Source: Podarcis liolepis (lineage: Eukaryota). Taken from it: DNA of 64,000 bases. Shown here piece after piece: positions 1 through 12,269 of this stretch. Location: NCBI GenBank assembly GCA_965112155.1, contig OZ218100.1; one strand, written 5' to 3'. Both the position numbers and the translations under genes were made by a program. How positions within the stretch are numbered: the first letter of the stretch is position 1; every line of letters begins with the position of its first letter. The notes under the pieces are model-generated. The model worked only from the letters and a program-made list of their open reading frames with translations, was not told the origin of the DNA and ran no database searches.

Positions 1-792
1 TGTTTTTAAAAAAAACTATACAAAATCATAATTCATATTTAGTTCTTTTATTGTTTCACTTTCATTCTTATTTCCAAGAGACAAAAAGTTTCAGTGTGCA
101 AGCCAGAAAGGGGAACCATGGATTGGTAAAGGGAAAGTCTTTGGGCCATTATTTCTTTGGATCAAAACAAGTAAAGCCTATGTTGCTTCTGCAATTGCAT
201 TTCTAAAACAAAACCCTAGATGTTTTCGCCCAATTAAAACTTGCCTTGTCGTGACACCTGTAGTTACTGTGGAGAGAATATGATATAGCCTCAGGCATCC
301 CCACAGTTGGGCTTGGCTGTAAAGTTCTCAAACCAGCAGGAAGATTTTGTCATTGCCGTGTAAGGTGCTAATATTCTCTGCTGCCTGGCTGGTTACCCCT
401 TAACCTTAAAAATGACATTCAGAACAAAATGGGAATGGGCTGATATGCCAGGTGGCAGGCATGAAGACAAAGAGGCACCAAGTATGTGAGAAGAGAATAA
501 AATCAAAATAATAGAACATATAAATTCATTTGGCCCACAGCTGGCACAATATGTGCACGCGCACAGTGCAGAACCTGGAAATAAATCCATTGTAAGCTGT
601 GATTTATGTTTACCATTGTTGCATGTTGACAAGAGAGCTGAAATACATCTCCGTGCTTTCACATCTTTCTTTTTCCCCCTTCAGAGGACCATCCTGAACT
701 GTTTGCTTTTTTTCAGTGTCTTCTGACCTGGAACATAACCCTCTATTCTTTGCCCTAATCTTGCACCTCTGAAGAATACATGCACTGCACAA

Positions 793-795
<3 letters not shown>

Positions 796-869
<74 letters not shown>
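796..869 (+). repeat. (AAT)n microsatellite
   Basis: About 25 perfect units. Confidence 0.98.
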
Positions 870-872
<3 letters not shown>

Positions 873-1854
873 GATGAAGAAGAAAAGAGATTCCATTTTT
901 CATGGAAGTGTAAAACTCTTATTCCAAGTTGTGTCTAAAAACAACCCATCTCCTTTAATTATTTGATATAATGGTGGTTGGTGTACATGAATTCTCCTAT
1001 CCAGTGAAAATAGCCAGACGCACGGAGACCCATTTATTAAATACAAACACAGTTGTGGTTTTCATGGAAGAAATGGCCTGCCTGCACATGCAGTAGTTAT
1101 GTTCAAAACATGGATGCTCTTGCAACATATAATTTTGTTGTAAGCCACCATATGGAAACATTGTATTTTCATCCGTGGCTAATAAATTTACAAAGGCAAC
1201 CAAACAGTCAAATAAATAACAGTAGGTGCCATAAATCATGCCTGGGTCCTTAGGAAGCAGCCAGATGTTTGCCTTAAGGCTATTGATAGAAGATCAGGAC
1301 TGCAAAAAAGAGTACTTTATGTTATTTTCAAAACTGCTTTTTTGGGGGGTGGGGGACAAAAAACAAAGACCCCTTAAATATACTCCCCACAGTGTCATAA
1401 ATTTCTTTACTACTTTCCTTGTTAAGAAATACTGCCATTGGGTTCAGTACATTTGAGATCTTGCATAATTTATTTGGGCATGTTAATCCTGATGCTAAAC
1501 TTTTGGACTCAGATCAGAGTCACTGGAACTTTAATGAGCATATCCCTACAAATGCCATCAGAAGCATTTGTATCATCATATCCTTAAGATACAATTTCAA
1601 CATGAATGCAAAACAACACCTGCTTCACTAAACCCTTTGATTACCTCCATTTCTTTTCTGGACTTCAAAAGTATAAATATATCAGAAATTACATGGCAAG
1701 AAGGTTTACACAGAACAAAAATGTACCACTAATTTGCATCGACAGAGCTTTTTCAATCGATTTAGATTAATGGGAGAAAGGGGAAAGTTTGTGGTGGGTG
1801 CGCCACCCCTAACCTAGGAACATTCAGTAGCCTGTATTAAGAGATCCACTATAT

Positions 1855-2520
1855 TGTTACAAGTTTGTGGGTGCTAGACATCCTAAATTATTAGTTCCAG
1901 TAGGTGTGACAATTCAATTAAGGCTTAGAGTGTCAAAAGCTAGCTAAGCTAGGCTGGTCTCCTGTGTGTAGTGATAACTAGATCCTGTGTATTAGGCTGA
2001 TGTGTATTAAACCAGTACGTGTGTGCTGGATTATGTGCTAGATAATGCTAAACCTATGGAATCAGCATGTGTTAAAAGCTAATTAAGCCATGCTGTGTAA
2101 AATTAGCCTAGGGATGGGCCATCAAGAAGAACACAAAGCATCAAAGGGAACTGTGTGAGAAGGCAAAGGTGTGGGTCACCCTTCGCTCTAAAGATAAAGG
2201 AAAAGATTAGAGAAGCTTAGGGCTAGGAGTGATGTAATGTAGGAGTAAGTAATGAGATAGAAAGAGAGTCAGAAAGCACAATGCTGGTGTCTGAATGGAG
2301 GGCTGCAGCTGTGGGGCAAGCAATACCCTCTTGGAGTGTTAAAGCGGGAAGCCCTTCCATCATCGACTCAGGTTGTATATATGTGTAAATAATCTATACA
2401 TCATAAAGATACTGCAGTCTCCACTGTGCCTCATTTCCAAAAGGAAACACTGACCCTGAATAAGTGTGCCTGGAACCCCTAGAATCATGCACCGCTCAGA
2501 GATTGGGGTGGAGTGTAATA
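1855..2520 (+). mobile_element. Solo LTR, same family as 25306-25894
   Basis: Starts tgttaca, ends tgtaata (imperfect terminal inverted repeat); ATAT on both sides (1851-1854, 2521-2524); 3' ~140 bp aligns by eye with 25761-25894. Confidence 0.65.
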
Positions 2521-2695
2521 ATATGCATAGTTCTCCCAATGAGTTTGTCTAGCTTCTTCTTTTGCATAACTGGCCTCTTCACCCAGGCTATTGCATACAC
2601 ATGGGTGGTTGGAGGGAGATCTGTTGTTGTTGGTCCTCCTTTCCTTTCTGCACACATATGTTCAGACACCTTGGATTGGTTGCCTGAAAAGAGCT

Positions 2696-2908
2696 TAAAG
2701 GTAAAGGTAAAGAGACCCCTGACCATTAGATCCAGTCATGGCTGACTCTGGGGTTGTGGCGCTCATCTCGCTTTATTGGCCGAGGGAGCTGGCATACAGC
2801 TTCTGGGTCATGTGGCCAGCATGACTAAGCCGCTTCTGGTGAACCAGAGATGCCGTTTACCTTCCCACTGGAGCAGTACCTATTTATCTACTTGCACTTT
2901 GACGTGCT
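2696..2908 (-). mobile_element. Sauria SINE, 5'-truncated
   Basis: (ACCTTT)n tail and body match the full copies at 11328, 22544, 50489 and 52935. Confidence 0.92.
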
Positions 2909-3341
2909 TAGATTTTCCTTAATCTCATTCAGAAATGTCAGGAATTTTGAAATGGTTACAACTTCAGCTGATCCCGGGAGCAGGGGCAGGATTGTGTGTC
3001 CTGCTTCCCTGTGCTAATGTGATGTCCTGTTAAGGCAAGTAAAAGTAGCCAGAGATATAGAAGCCTAATCAATCATTACTACCTTCCGTGATTAACTCTG
3101 TGCGAAATGAAGAGCACTGCTGTGCTTTACTGCCCCTGTTCATGTCATCACATCCTTGATGGACCCATCTACAAACTTTCCTTGCATGGTAGTCTACATT
3201 CTGAAGCTGGGATCCTGATCTATATGCATAGTATCTGCACAAATTTAGAATGCTGTGCAGTCAATCAAACAAGTAGTGGGGGGAAATGGTAGAATGACAT
3301 GTAATGTTGAAAAGTTGTAGGCCTTGTTTACTGAAAAGTGA

Positions 3342-3372
<31 letters not shown>

Positions 3373-3410
3373 GGAGGGAGGGAGAGAGAGGGAGGGAGGG
3401 AGGAAAGGGA
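3342..3410 (+). repeat. (GT)n(GA)n(GGGA)n compound simple repeat
   Basis: Seen directly. Confidence 0.9.
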
Positions 3411-3972
3411 AGTATAATTCTAATGCCAGAGAGACTTAAAGTTGTTATGTTCTTTGCAGTCAGACTGCATAACACTTCACCCCAGGTAAAAAGTTTGATC
3501 AGATTAGAGTTTAAAATAAACTGACAGAAACCTTAAAATGCTTTTTTGCTTGTAAATGCCCTCGTATAGGCTGAGGAATTACTATTAGAATAGACAGTTC
3601 ATTCTCTGTGATGTACTGGACAGGTTATGACACAGAAAGGGGATAAAGAATATTATTCTGCAGTTGGTGTTCATGTATATTTACTTTATGGGCCCTCTAC
3701 CTGAACTCTGGTTTTTCTTGTTTACAACCCTCAAAAGGTATATTGTCATTTGACAATACAGCTCATTGGCATTTATATAGAGCAAGATACCCTTAAAGGA
3801 AGAGATTGAACAGTGTGATAACAGGACACAACAGAAACACCCATTCTGTGAAAGAAAAGGCATAATTTTACCTCACTTGGAGCTTTCCCTTGCTGTTATT
3901 CAGAACACTGAACAATTGCTCACTTCAGTTCCTTCCATATGAAGGTTGATACCTAAAATACATCATCTAGAG

Positions 3973-4809
3973 CAGTGTTTCCCAACCTTTTTTGGGCAAA
4001 GGCACACTTGTTTCATGAAAAAAATCTTGAGGCACACCACCATGCCAGATGGGGAAAGGTCACTTTTTACTTATGCAAATAAAAAATAAAAAAATAGTAA
4101 CAGCATAGAAGGTAATGGTTAGGCTAGCATCCCTCTTCCAAATATGCTAGGTTTTTATTTGCAGGGACTGTTCTACATGGGAAAGCATTCAGCACTGTCA
4201 TTCTCCCATCTGCAATCTGAATTGGTACTATTCTGGGTCAACTTACTCTGCTGCATGTGTAGATGAAAATGGCACCAAGTGTGGGGGAGGGGGCAGAACA
4301 GGTTTCAGATACAGGATATTAAGCATACACGTACTTCAGATTGAACTGGTTGCTTGCTTTGCAAGTTTTCATTTCCCAAATGACTGCCTTGGCAAGCGCA
4401 ATACCTACCAGGCTCAACGCCGGTCTCGCGCTGCCGCTTCCCGCGCTCTCAAGGACCCGGGAGGAGGAAGGCGTGAAGGGAATCCCGAAGGCGTGAAAAC
4501 CTCGCGCATGCGCAGGCCTTCCGCCTGCGACAGCCCAGTAGGCCGGCCGAAGCGAGCAGCAATGGGATGTGGGAGGGAGGGAGCTCGCCGCCCCGCGTGT
4601 GCCTATGTGGGGCACGTTACAGCCCCGTGACGTCAGCGCCACGCAGGCAGCCAGGCAGGCAGACGGCGAGAGCCCCGCGCTGGGCGGCCTCTCCTCGCCG
4701 CCGCCGCCCCGCCTCTCGCCGCCCGACTCGCCCGCCTCCCTCCCACGGCACACCAGGCAACGTCTTGCGGCACACTAGTGTGCCGCGGAACACTGGTTGG
4801 GAAACACTG
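3973..4809. mobile_element. Non-autonomous hAT (Charlie-like) DNA transposon with CpG-rich interior
   Basis: Perfect 15-bp TIRs cagtgtttcccaacc/ggttgggaaacactg; 8-bp TSD atctagag at 3965-3972 and 4810-4817. Confidence 0.92.
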
Positions 4810-5589
4810 ATCTAGAGTTCTGTCGCTACAATTACCTTTTCCAGACTTAAAGTGATAACAATATGGCATGAAAGGAAACTCAGTGGTCAGAGGAAGATCA
4901 GTTTAGTCACTGATAAGGAATGGAAGCAGACCCAGTGCACTATGAAAGGTTCCTTCAGTTACTTTCCACCATCTCCACAGCACACTCTAGTTATTCTTGC
5001 TTACTTCCTGAGATATATGGGGCTCAACAGGGAAAGGAGTAATCTGTGATTATTTGGTCCTTACTTCCTGTCAAGTAATACTCTTGGATCTCCAACCCTC
5101 ACCTCAGCATCACAAAAGCAGCTGCTTTTTTAAAGTGATTGCCTTTCCTTCTGGAAGATGGGAAGAGATGCAATGGGGATGGGGGGTGGTTCTGTGTCCT
5201 CCTTTGCCAGAAAGCCATTGTGTATTCTGATCTGTTGAAAGAAAAACAGCTCAGCTTTCACTGTGAACAAAACTAGCCTTTCTGTGCTCAAGATTCTACA
5301 GCAACTGACAACAGAAAATCAGATTGTAAATTTTATTTTGGACAGTCTAGACTTCTAGCTGAATTAAAATAGTGTTTGGTGCTTCCAGAGTTCAGCTGAA
5401 CAAAAGTAAAGAAGCAGAAAAGTTTAAAATGAAAAGGTTCCAGTACTCTTTATCAGTGAGCACAGTCACAAAAAGTACTGGGTTTAAGTATTTGGATAAG
5501 CTCTCATGTGAGTGAGAAAAAGTGAGGGAAAGAACTTGAAACTTCCTGTGCAGGGTAAAGAAAGACAATGAGTAGTTGCAGCAAGCATT

Positions 5590-5991
5590 TGGGTTGGGAG
5601 AGAAATTTGATTCAGTGCACAATTTAATGGCAGACCTACCTAATTCTCATTTTCTGAAACAATAAGAGAGCAGAAAGATAGCCAACCTTTGAATGTTTTC
5701 TGCATTTTTCAGTGCAGTCAAGTAATATATAATGGGTTAAATTGTGCAGACAGCGCATGTATTCCTAAAATACACAAGTGCATTCTGTTAGGGGGAAATT
5801 GCCTTTACAAAAAATGGTTATATTCATCACAATTGCATACAAAATTAGGATAAATTTGAACTAAAATGCTAATGAATTTTCATGAGGATTCCAAAAAAGA
5901 GAAAAGTGATTTGGAAGTGCAAAGAACTGAACTTATGACGTAAAGAATTAGAAATTGGGAGAAATGAAAATTGGCATATTCGCCCATTCCT
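5590..5991. mobile_element. Old interspersed repeat, probably a non-autonomous DNA element
   Basis: Collinear similarity with 21535-21882 (gacctaattc..., taggataaat...aaatgct...aattttcatgag, aaattggga...aaaattg). Confidence 0.55.
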
Positions 5992-6367
5992 TTGGAGCAT
6001 AGAAGCAGTAGCTGGCAGCACTGGGGTCAGTGAAATGCTATGCCTGGGTCCTCCACAGGACCAAATGGGAAGAAGCTAAGTGAAGGTCTGCTGGCTATTT
6101 TGCCACATTTATTTACAACAATATCTAAAGCAGTGGATGGGTACATGATTGGAATTACCTGGGAACTGGCTGGATAAATCCAGGTAGATGTAGTGTTGCT
6201 TGCTCTCCTTGCTGACTTTGTCCTCTTGTGGCCTACAGGATATTTTTTACAGCAGGGGTGACAAAGAACATGTCTTAAGCTGGAGGCAAATGAGAGTCTA
6301 CAGTGCCATGAATACGCTCTCAGCTGCCCTGGAAACCAAACACCTGCCTGCCTGCCACCCACTCCCT

Positions 6368-6399
6368 TACCTACCTACCTACCTACCTACCTACCTACC
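6368..6399 (+). repeat. (CCTA)n microsatellite
   Basis: Seen directly. Confidence 0.9.
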
Positions 6400-9187
6400 T
6401 GAGTCCACTACTGCTTTCACAATCTCCTCTTCCAGCTGCACAACAAAATGACTCACAGCCCCATGTCACAATCTCTTCCCCACTTCAGAGTGCCTATCTG
6501 CAGTACTCTGTTTCCCAGTCAAAGGAGGAGAAGGCAGTGACCAGGAAGTCAGTGAGTGGGAAATGGCCAAGGCTTCCATATCAATATTCAGATTGTTAAT
6601 ATGCTACAGCTCTAACAGGGCTGCACAGTATTTTGAATTATCTTTTTATTGCATGTGTTTCCAGCCTTAGTTTTTCCCCTTCCACATTTTCTAATTGGTG
6701 TCCGCTGGGGAGGAGACATAGGGGACCATCTTCCTGGCTAAGTACTGGTAAGTGGTCCCCAGTTAGCAACAGCAGTCAAACTTCTGGTTCAGAATTTTTT
6801 GGCATTTAAAATGCATTTCTCCTCACATCTCTTCCCTAAGGAGATTATACCCAAGTGCATTGTTAGGGGTCACCTCTTTTCTGAAAGGTAAATGCATCAT
6901 TTCATCTTATTATTATTCTTTTTCTGTGGCAAGGTGAAATTGCAGGGACACGCAAGCCTTCAAGTTCAGATTCAGCCTTGTGGGCAATCCATTTGACTTG
7001 AAGCTTTTTAAACCTAGTTGTGTTGATATTTTGCCACTAACAAATTTGACAAGTGGTTAAGTATAATGTTTTTGACACACAATGTATCACTGCTTATACA
7101 TTGGAAGGAAATGTTTCTTTTCTGTATACAGCGTTTGTTACAGTAAACAGTGTGCAGTCTTGACAAATAACACTCAGAGCTGACTTGCCTTCTAATATGT
7201 CGACGGGTTTTTCTGAGGCTACTTATTACCTACCCATCAAGGCACCTGGTTGCAAATAAACAGATTCATCATGTTTTCATGTCTGTATGATTGACATCTG
7301 TTGCTGAGAATCCCCAGCAAGTTTGCATTGCAGTCATTTGAATCGCAGATCACGTAATCAGAAATGTTCGCTTATTTTCACTTATCTGTGTGGCTCCAGC
7401 CCAAAGAAGCACACAGAATGATGCAGGCGTACATCTGCACCTTTTAACTTTACTTTTACAGCAGCAACTCTGTTCTGCTGTGCTGTGCTGCATTTGAAAC
7501 CATTTCTGAAACTTCCTTCTTTGTCATCTGGCTGCAACTGAGTTTCTGATTTGGCACAGATGATATGATCATGCTGTTTTTTTTTATAAACAACAACTCT
7601 CCCAGTGCTTGAAAACTGATGCCTAATTTTGGAGGCTTTTAAAAATGTAGTGGTGTTAGATGTCAGCCTACCACAAATCTTATTAGTTTAAAAATAAAAT
7701 GTTTAGGGAAAAGAGTTAAATAGGTTCTTACAAACAAAACAAAACAGGTCAGATAAACCCTTGGTCAGATATGTAGTATTTATATTTTAAAAAATCTCCC
7801 TCACTTGACTAAGTGGTAGTTTAAAAGTAGTGTTTCAGGGCTGTGTTTGGCTGGTTTTGGCTTTTGCCAAACACTTTTTGAGGCAGTGTGAGTAGTTAGA
7901 GGGGAAAACCAAACTAATAATAATAATATGATATGGATATGGATCCACACCTATACACACAATAATGTAACCCTTTGTGAGCAACTTAAACCTTTTTATT
8001 TAAGGGGGCATTTGGGGCCCAGCTCATATTTATTAGAAGTGCTGTTGTGCTATGCTTTGTATGTTGCTTTCGTATTCTATAGTACCTAAATATATTTTCC
8101 CCAAGTTTTATTGATTTCAACTTGAGGTGCATTTTCACAGTACGACAGGATACAAATACTTCAAAAAATAAGGGGGGAAATACATAATACATTGCTATTT
8201 GTAATTTCCATGTTGAAATATCGTCATAAATTTAATGCGCCAATGACATAAGTTGATGGCTGTGCCTTATTTCTTCAGTAATTAATAAAAGGTGTCCAGT
8301 TTTCAAGAGATCATCACATTTTTGTTTTCTGACATTGACTTCATGGCACAGGAAGGAATAACATCAGAAGAGCCCCAAAATTGGACAATAGTGAGGTCAA
8401 ATTTGAGGATCTCATTTATGTGAAATGAAGATACTTTTGGGGTCGAATTGGATGATATGCTCACCATTCTTATCCCCCACAAGTGGCGAGAGAGTGAAAA
8501 CTCAACTTCCCACCCTGCCCTCCAGGTATGCCTGCCCCACCTCTAATTCTCCCAGATGTCCCCGCAGTGGGTGTAATGTTTGAATAGGGTATACATGCCT
8601 TAACTCATGTGGGCATGAACAGCGCAATATCTGATTTAAAATCTGAAAACCCAATTAGGGACTCTGTACATTGGATTTTTACATGTGTTCATATTCACAT
8701 GGTGCACCCACATGTGGACCTAGGATGTCAGACATGGAATAGGCATATCTGGTGGGCAAAGTTCTAACTCCCCGCACTGCGCATAAAAACAAAACTAGGG
8801 AGACTATAATCTTTGAACTTACTGATAACACGTAGCCTCAAATTTTCTCCCTATGCCACACTGCCATCCACTCATGAAAGAAGATGGATTCCCCTCTTCC
8901 CCACGCAGTTCCTGTGTCCCCTTCTCCCCACCCCAAAAACATTATGTTCCAAAGGATTAGAGGAGCCTCAACATCAGCATGGAAGGCGAAATGTGGGAGA
9001 GCTGCAAAGGGAAGGGAAATTGTGAATATCTCCCTGTTTTTCTCTTCTGTTAGAGGTGGTGTCGAAAGCCCTCCCCATGAGCAGACAGACATGGGGAATC
9101 ATCTCTGTTATTGGTAGGGAAATGACTAATTGTGTGCCGCAATACAGAATTCAAATGTGTGCTTCCATGTTTTGCTTTCCTTTATAG

Positions 9188-9379
9188 GCTTTGATTTAGT
9201 GAAATGTGAGGATTCCGGAACACCAAACTATGGCTACAAGATTCGCGATGAAGGCCATTACACAGATACGGTTGTTTTGTACAGTTGCAATCCAGGCTAC
9301 ACAATGCATGGTAGCAGCACTATTACCTGCCTAAGTGGAGATCGAAGAGTTTGGGACAAGCCTTTGCCGACTTGTACAG
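9188..9379 (+). CDS. CSMD1: CSMD1 exon, Sushi/CCP domain (FDLVKCEDSGTPNYG...WDKPLPTCT)
   Basis: Acceptor tttatag at 9187, donor gtaatg at 9380; 192 nt, phase 1-1; matches recalled human CSMD1 FDLVKCEDPGIPNYGYRIRDEGHFTDTVVLYSCNPGY. Confidence 0.96.
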
Positions 9380-9814
9380 GTAATGTTAGATAACACGGTA
9401 ATCTAAAAGTTTGTTAAACGCTTCATAGCTCTCTTTATGGATAATGCATTATTACATATGAGATAACGATGCTTTGAAATGGTATATAATCTATCTCAGG
9501 TTTCCCCCAACCACCACCATATACATATATTGAAACTAAATATGTGGGCCATCTCTGAGGAAATCTGCTACTACTCTCCCTGAAATTCTTTTGGCTTTTC
9601 TTGAAATTCATCTGGTATGCTTTTACCTTGATTTCTGAAGGACATTTGATGCAGCCTAGGAATGAATGGACTACAGACTACAATAAATTTTGACGTCCCT
9701 ATCAAAACTCTTTCAGTTACAGATAGGTAGCCGTGTTGGTCTACCATAGTCAAAAAAAAAAAAAAAAAAAAATCCTTCCAGTAGCACCTTAAAGACCAAC
9801 TAAGTTAGTTCTTG

Positions 9815-9852
9815 GTATGAGCTTTCGTGTGCATGCACACTTCTTCAGATAC
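9815..9852 (-). ncRNA. Minimal type I hammerhead ribozyme motif (identical antisense copy)
   Basis: Exact reverse complement of 9989-10026. Confidence 0.75.
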
Positions 9853-9988
9853 ACTGAAACAGAAGTTGCCAGATCCTTCTATATAGTGAGAAGGTGGGGA
9901 GGGGTATTACTCAGAAGGGTATTCCCACCACCCTTCTGAGTAATACCCTTCTCACTATATAGAAGGATCTGGCAACTTCTGTTTCAGT

Positions 9989-10026
9989 GTATCTGAAGAA
10001 GTGTGCATGCACACGAAAGCTCATAC
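9989..10026 (+). ncRNA. Minimal type I hammerhead ribozyme motif
   Basis: GUAU-CUGAAGA-A-GUGUGC(AU)GCACAC-GAAA-GC-UC^AUAC: core boxes, stem II, stem I (GUAU/AUAC) and palindromic AGCU mini stem III. Confidence 0.75.
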
Positions 10027-10283
10027 CAAGAACTAACTTAGTTGGTCTTTAAGGTGCTACTGGAAGGAAAACTCTTTCAGTTTTCTTCACATTTCTTACC
10101 CAATGAGAAATCTCCAGATTCACCTCATGTTTTGCCTTGAAGCAAAATTCTGTGGTAATTCTTACTAAAAAGAGTGCTCGTTCTCTGTGAGGTCTCCATG
10201 AATTATTTTGTCCTATCTGGTGTTGTCTATACTGACCCCCTGCAAAATTGGTGGCAAATTTGGGTCCATAGCTAGAAGATTGT

Positions 10284-10314
<31 letters not shown>
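10284..10314 (+). repeat. (AAC)n microsatellite
   Basis: Seen directly. Confidence 0.95.
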
Positions 10315-10315
<1 letters not shown>

Positions 10316-10710
10316 ATAATTTTATTGCCCTTGTTCCCAAAGATATGTGTCTTCTTGAATGTACAAAAGTATCCCTCCATCTCTCCCTGTCCCTCACTGA
10401 AACACAGGCCAGTTTTTTAACAAACCATCATTTAGCTGTCTTGTGGCAAGGGTAATATTTGTGTATTGTTCTTTGCATGGATTTTTACTATATCATATTC
10501 TACTCATTTTCTGTTCACAAGGTATATAAGACTAGATCACTCGTATGCTTTCTCCATTAATAATGGGATTAATGTGAAATTCAATATCTGAGTTGCTCTT
10601 TATCTCAATTGTTTGTTTTCATGAGGTCACACATAAAACCTGGTCTTATTATCCTGCTGAAAAGGGGAGATAATGAGCTTTCCAAAGTAATTCAGAAATT
10701 ACTCAAGCTC

Positions 10711-10762
<52 letters not shown>

Positions 10763-10763
10763 A
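10711..10763 (+). repeat. (AAAG)n microsatellite
   Basis: Seen directly. Confidence 0.97.
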
Positions 10764-11103
10764 ATGGCTGGCAGTTGTTCTGAGCCAGTCCAGTATCTTT
10801 CCAAGTCTTCGGATCCTTTCCGCTATCCCTGTATGAGGAGTGAAAAAATGTTGTGAGGGCAAAATAGGAAGTGGAGACCTACAGCCATTCTCATGAGCCA
10901 TCTGAGAGGAAGGGGCTGTTGCTTCTCCCATTTCACCCATGCAGTGCCTGTTTTCTGTCCCCATAGGAACTAATGACTCTAGTAGTTTCTGTGCGGTGAG
11001 GAAAAAGCTCTGTGTGGGCAAAATTGGAGGTATAGTCCAGTTTTCATAGTCTTTTCATACGGTTAATCCATTAGAGGGCGAGTAACCTGGAACTTTAGCT
11101 GCT

Positions 11104-12269
11104 TGTCTTTCTTTTGAGGTGGGCTTTTGAGGCTGATAGCTAAAACAAACACTGAGAGACATATAGTTGGGTTGAATAAGTGACACTTTTATTTATATAA
11201 ATCCAAACCTGCAGAGCAAAACTACTGGTATGGGAAGTGCTTATGTTTATGGGGCTTGTGCAGCTATAAGGGTGACCAAACCCCTACCAGGCCAGAAGCA
11301 AGCATATTTGCCTAGCCCTAACTCCAGTACAGGTGAGGCTGTGGGTTAAACCACAGAGCTTAGGACTTGCTGATCAGAAGGTCAGCAGTTCGAATCCCCG
11401 TGATGGGTTGAGCTCCCGTTGCTCGGTCCCTGCTCCTGCCAACCTAGCAGTTCAAAAGCACATCAAACTGCAAGTAGATAAATAGGTACCGCTCTGGCGG
11501 GAAGGTAAACGGCATTTCCGTGCGCTGCTCTGGTTCGCCAGAAGCGGCTTAGTCATGCTGGCCACATGACCCAGAAGCTATATGCCGGCTCCCTTGGCCA
11601 ATAAAGCGAGATGAGCGCCGCAACCCCAGAGTCGGTCACGACTGGACCTAATGGTCAGGGGTCCCTTTACCTTTACCTAACTCCAGCCACACCTTGAAGG
11701 TAAGTAGAGAGACCTGCCCACCCCCACCCCCTTAGGGGTCTACAAGGTTGAAGAAACCTGCTCTCACGTTCAGGCCTTAAGCACTGACAGTCATCCCCAA
11801 GGGTCACTAACAAGCTATCCTAACATGCTCTGCTTCCTATACCTTCCTGCAAAAGTGACATGATTAACCTGTTTAAAAGGGGTAACAGTGCAGGAGCCAA
11901 ATTAACCTGGGCCTAATGGCTGAGTGGACAGACACCATGGCTAATCAACTTCCTTTCCCAGCCCTACAGCATGGAGAAGGTGAGAAAACCCACTTGCCAA
12001 ACCAGACAACTGAGTCAGAAATTCCCCTGTGGCCCAGAAGTGACCACTGAAAGCCAAACTGCAAAAAAGGGAGGGAGGATGCCCTCAAGCAGAGGTTGAG
12101 GAGGAGGGGTGGGCTTAAATGAGCCCCCCATAGCCACACCTAACATGCTGGTGCATTGCACGTCACGTGTATGTGAACACCAGAATCCAAAATGGCGCCT
12201 TTGGCACCAGCTGCAAACTTGCCCCATCACCCAGAGTAGGCTTGGGCAGTGGAACTGAGATTATGGACA
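11104..12269 (-). mobile_element. Candidate LTR-like element interrupted by a Sauria SINE; left boundary uncertain
   Basis: Minus-strand start tgtccataat...cctactctgggtgatgggg resembles the start at 49775 (tgtctgtataat...cccattctgggtgggtgg); minus-strand AATAAA near 11190; no TSD found. Confidence 0.35.
11328..11675 (+). mobile_element. Sauria SINE, near full length
   Basis: tRNA-like head (B box gttcgaatccc), ACCTTT tail; 11-bp TSD cctaactccag at 11317-11327 and 11676-11686. Confidence 0.95.

Larger units (their letters stand above)
9719..10067. mobile_element. Penelope-like retroelement terminal fragment in inverted (hairpin) arrangement
   Basis: 15-bp TSD aaaactctttcagtt (9704-9718, 10068-10082); arms 9774-9920 and 9930-10067 are reverse complements except a 9-nt bulge; gtagccgtgttggtct...gcacctt...gaccaac resembles recalled reptile Penelope termini. 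Confidence 0.8.

Noticed and set aside
610-903. Poly-Leu and poly-Tyr ORFs
   Set aside because: Translations of the (AAT)n microsatellite.
4319-4869. Overlapping GC-rich ORFs up to 144 aa
   Set aside because: Expected from stop-poor GC-rich DNA inside a hAT element; no recognisable transposase or other domain.
1-9187. Additional upstream CSMD1 exon
   Set aside because: No CUB-like reading frame with splice sites found; the preceding exon is probably outside the window.
9774-10067. Canonical miRNA gene or CRISPR-like array
   Set aside because: The stem is too long and perfect, is TSD-flanked and related to another dispersed copy; there is no repeat-spacer periodicity and the DNA is eukaryotic.
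11328-11420. tRNA gene
   Set aside because: The A/B-box-like sequence is the tRNA-derived SINE head; no cloverleaf.
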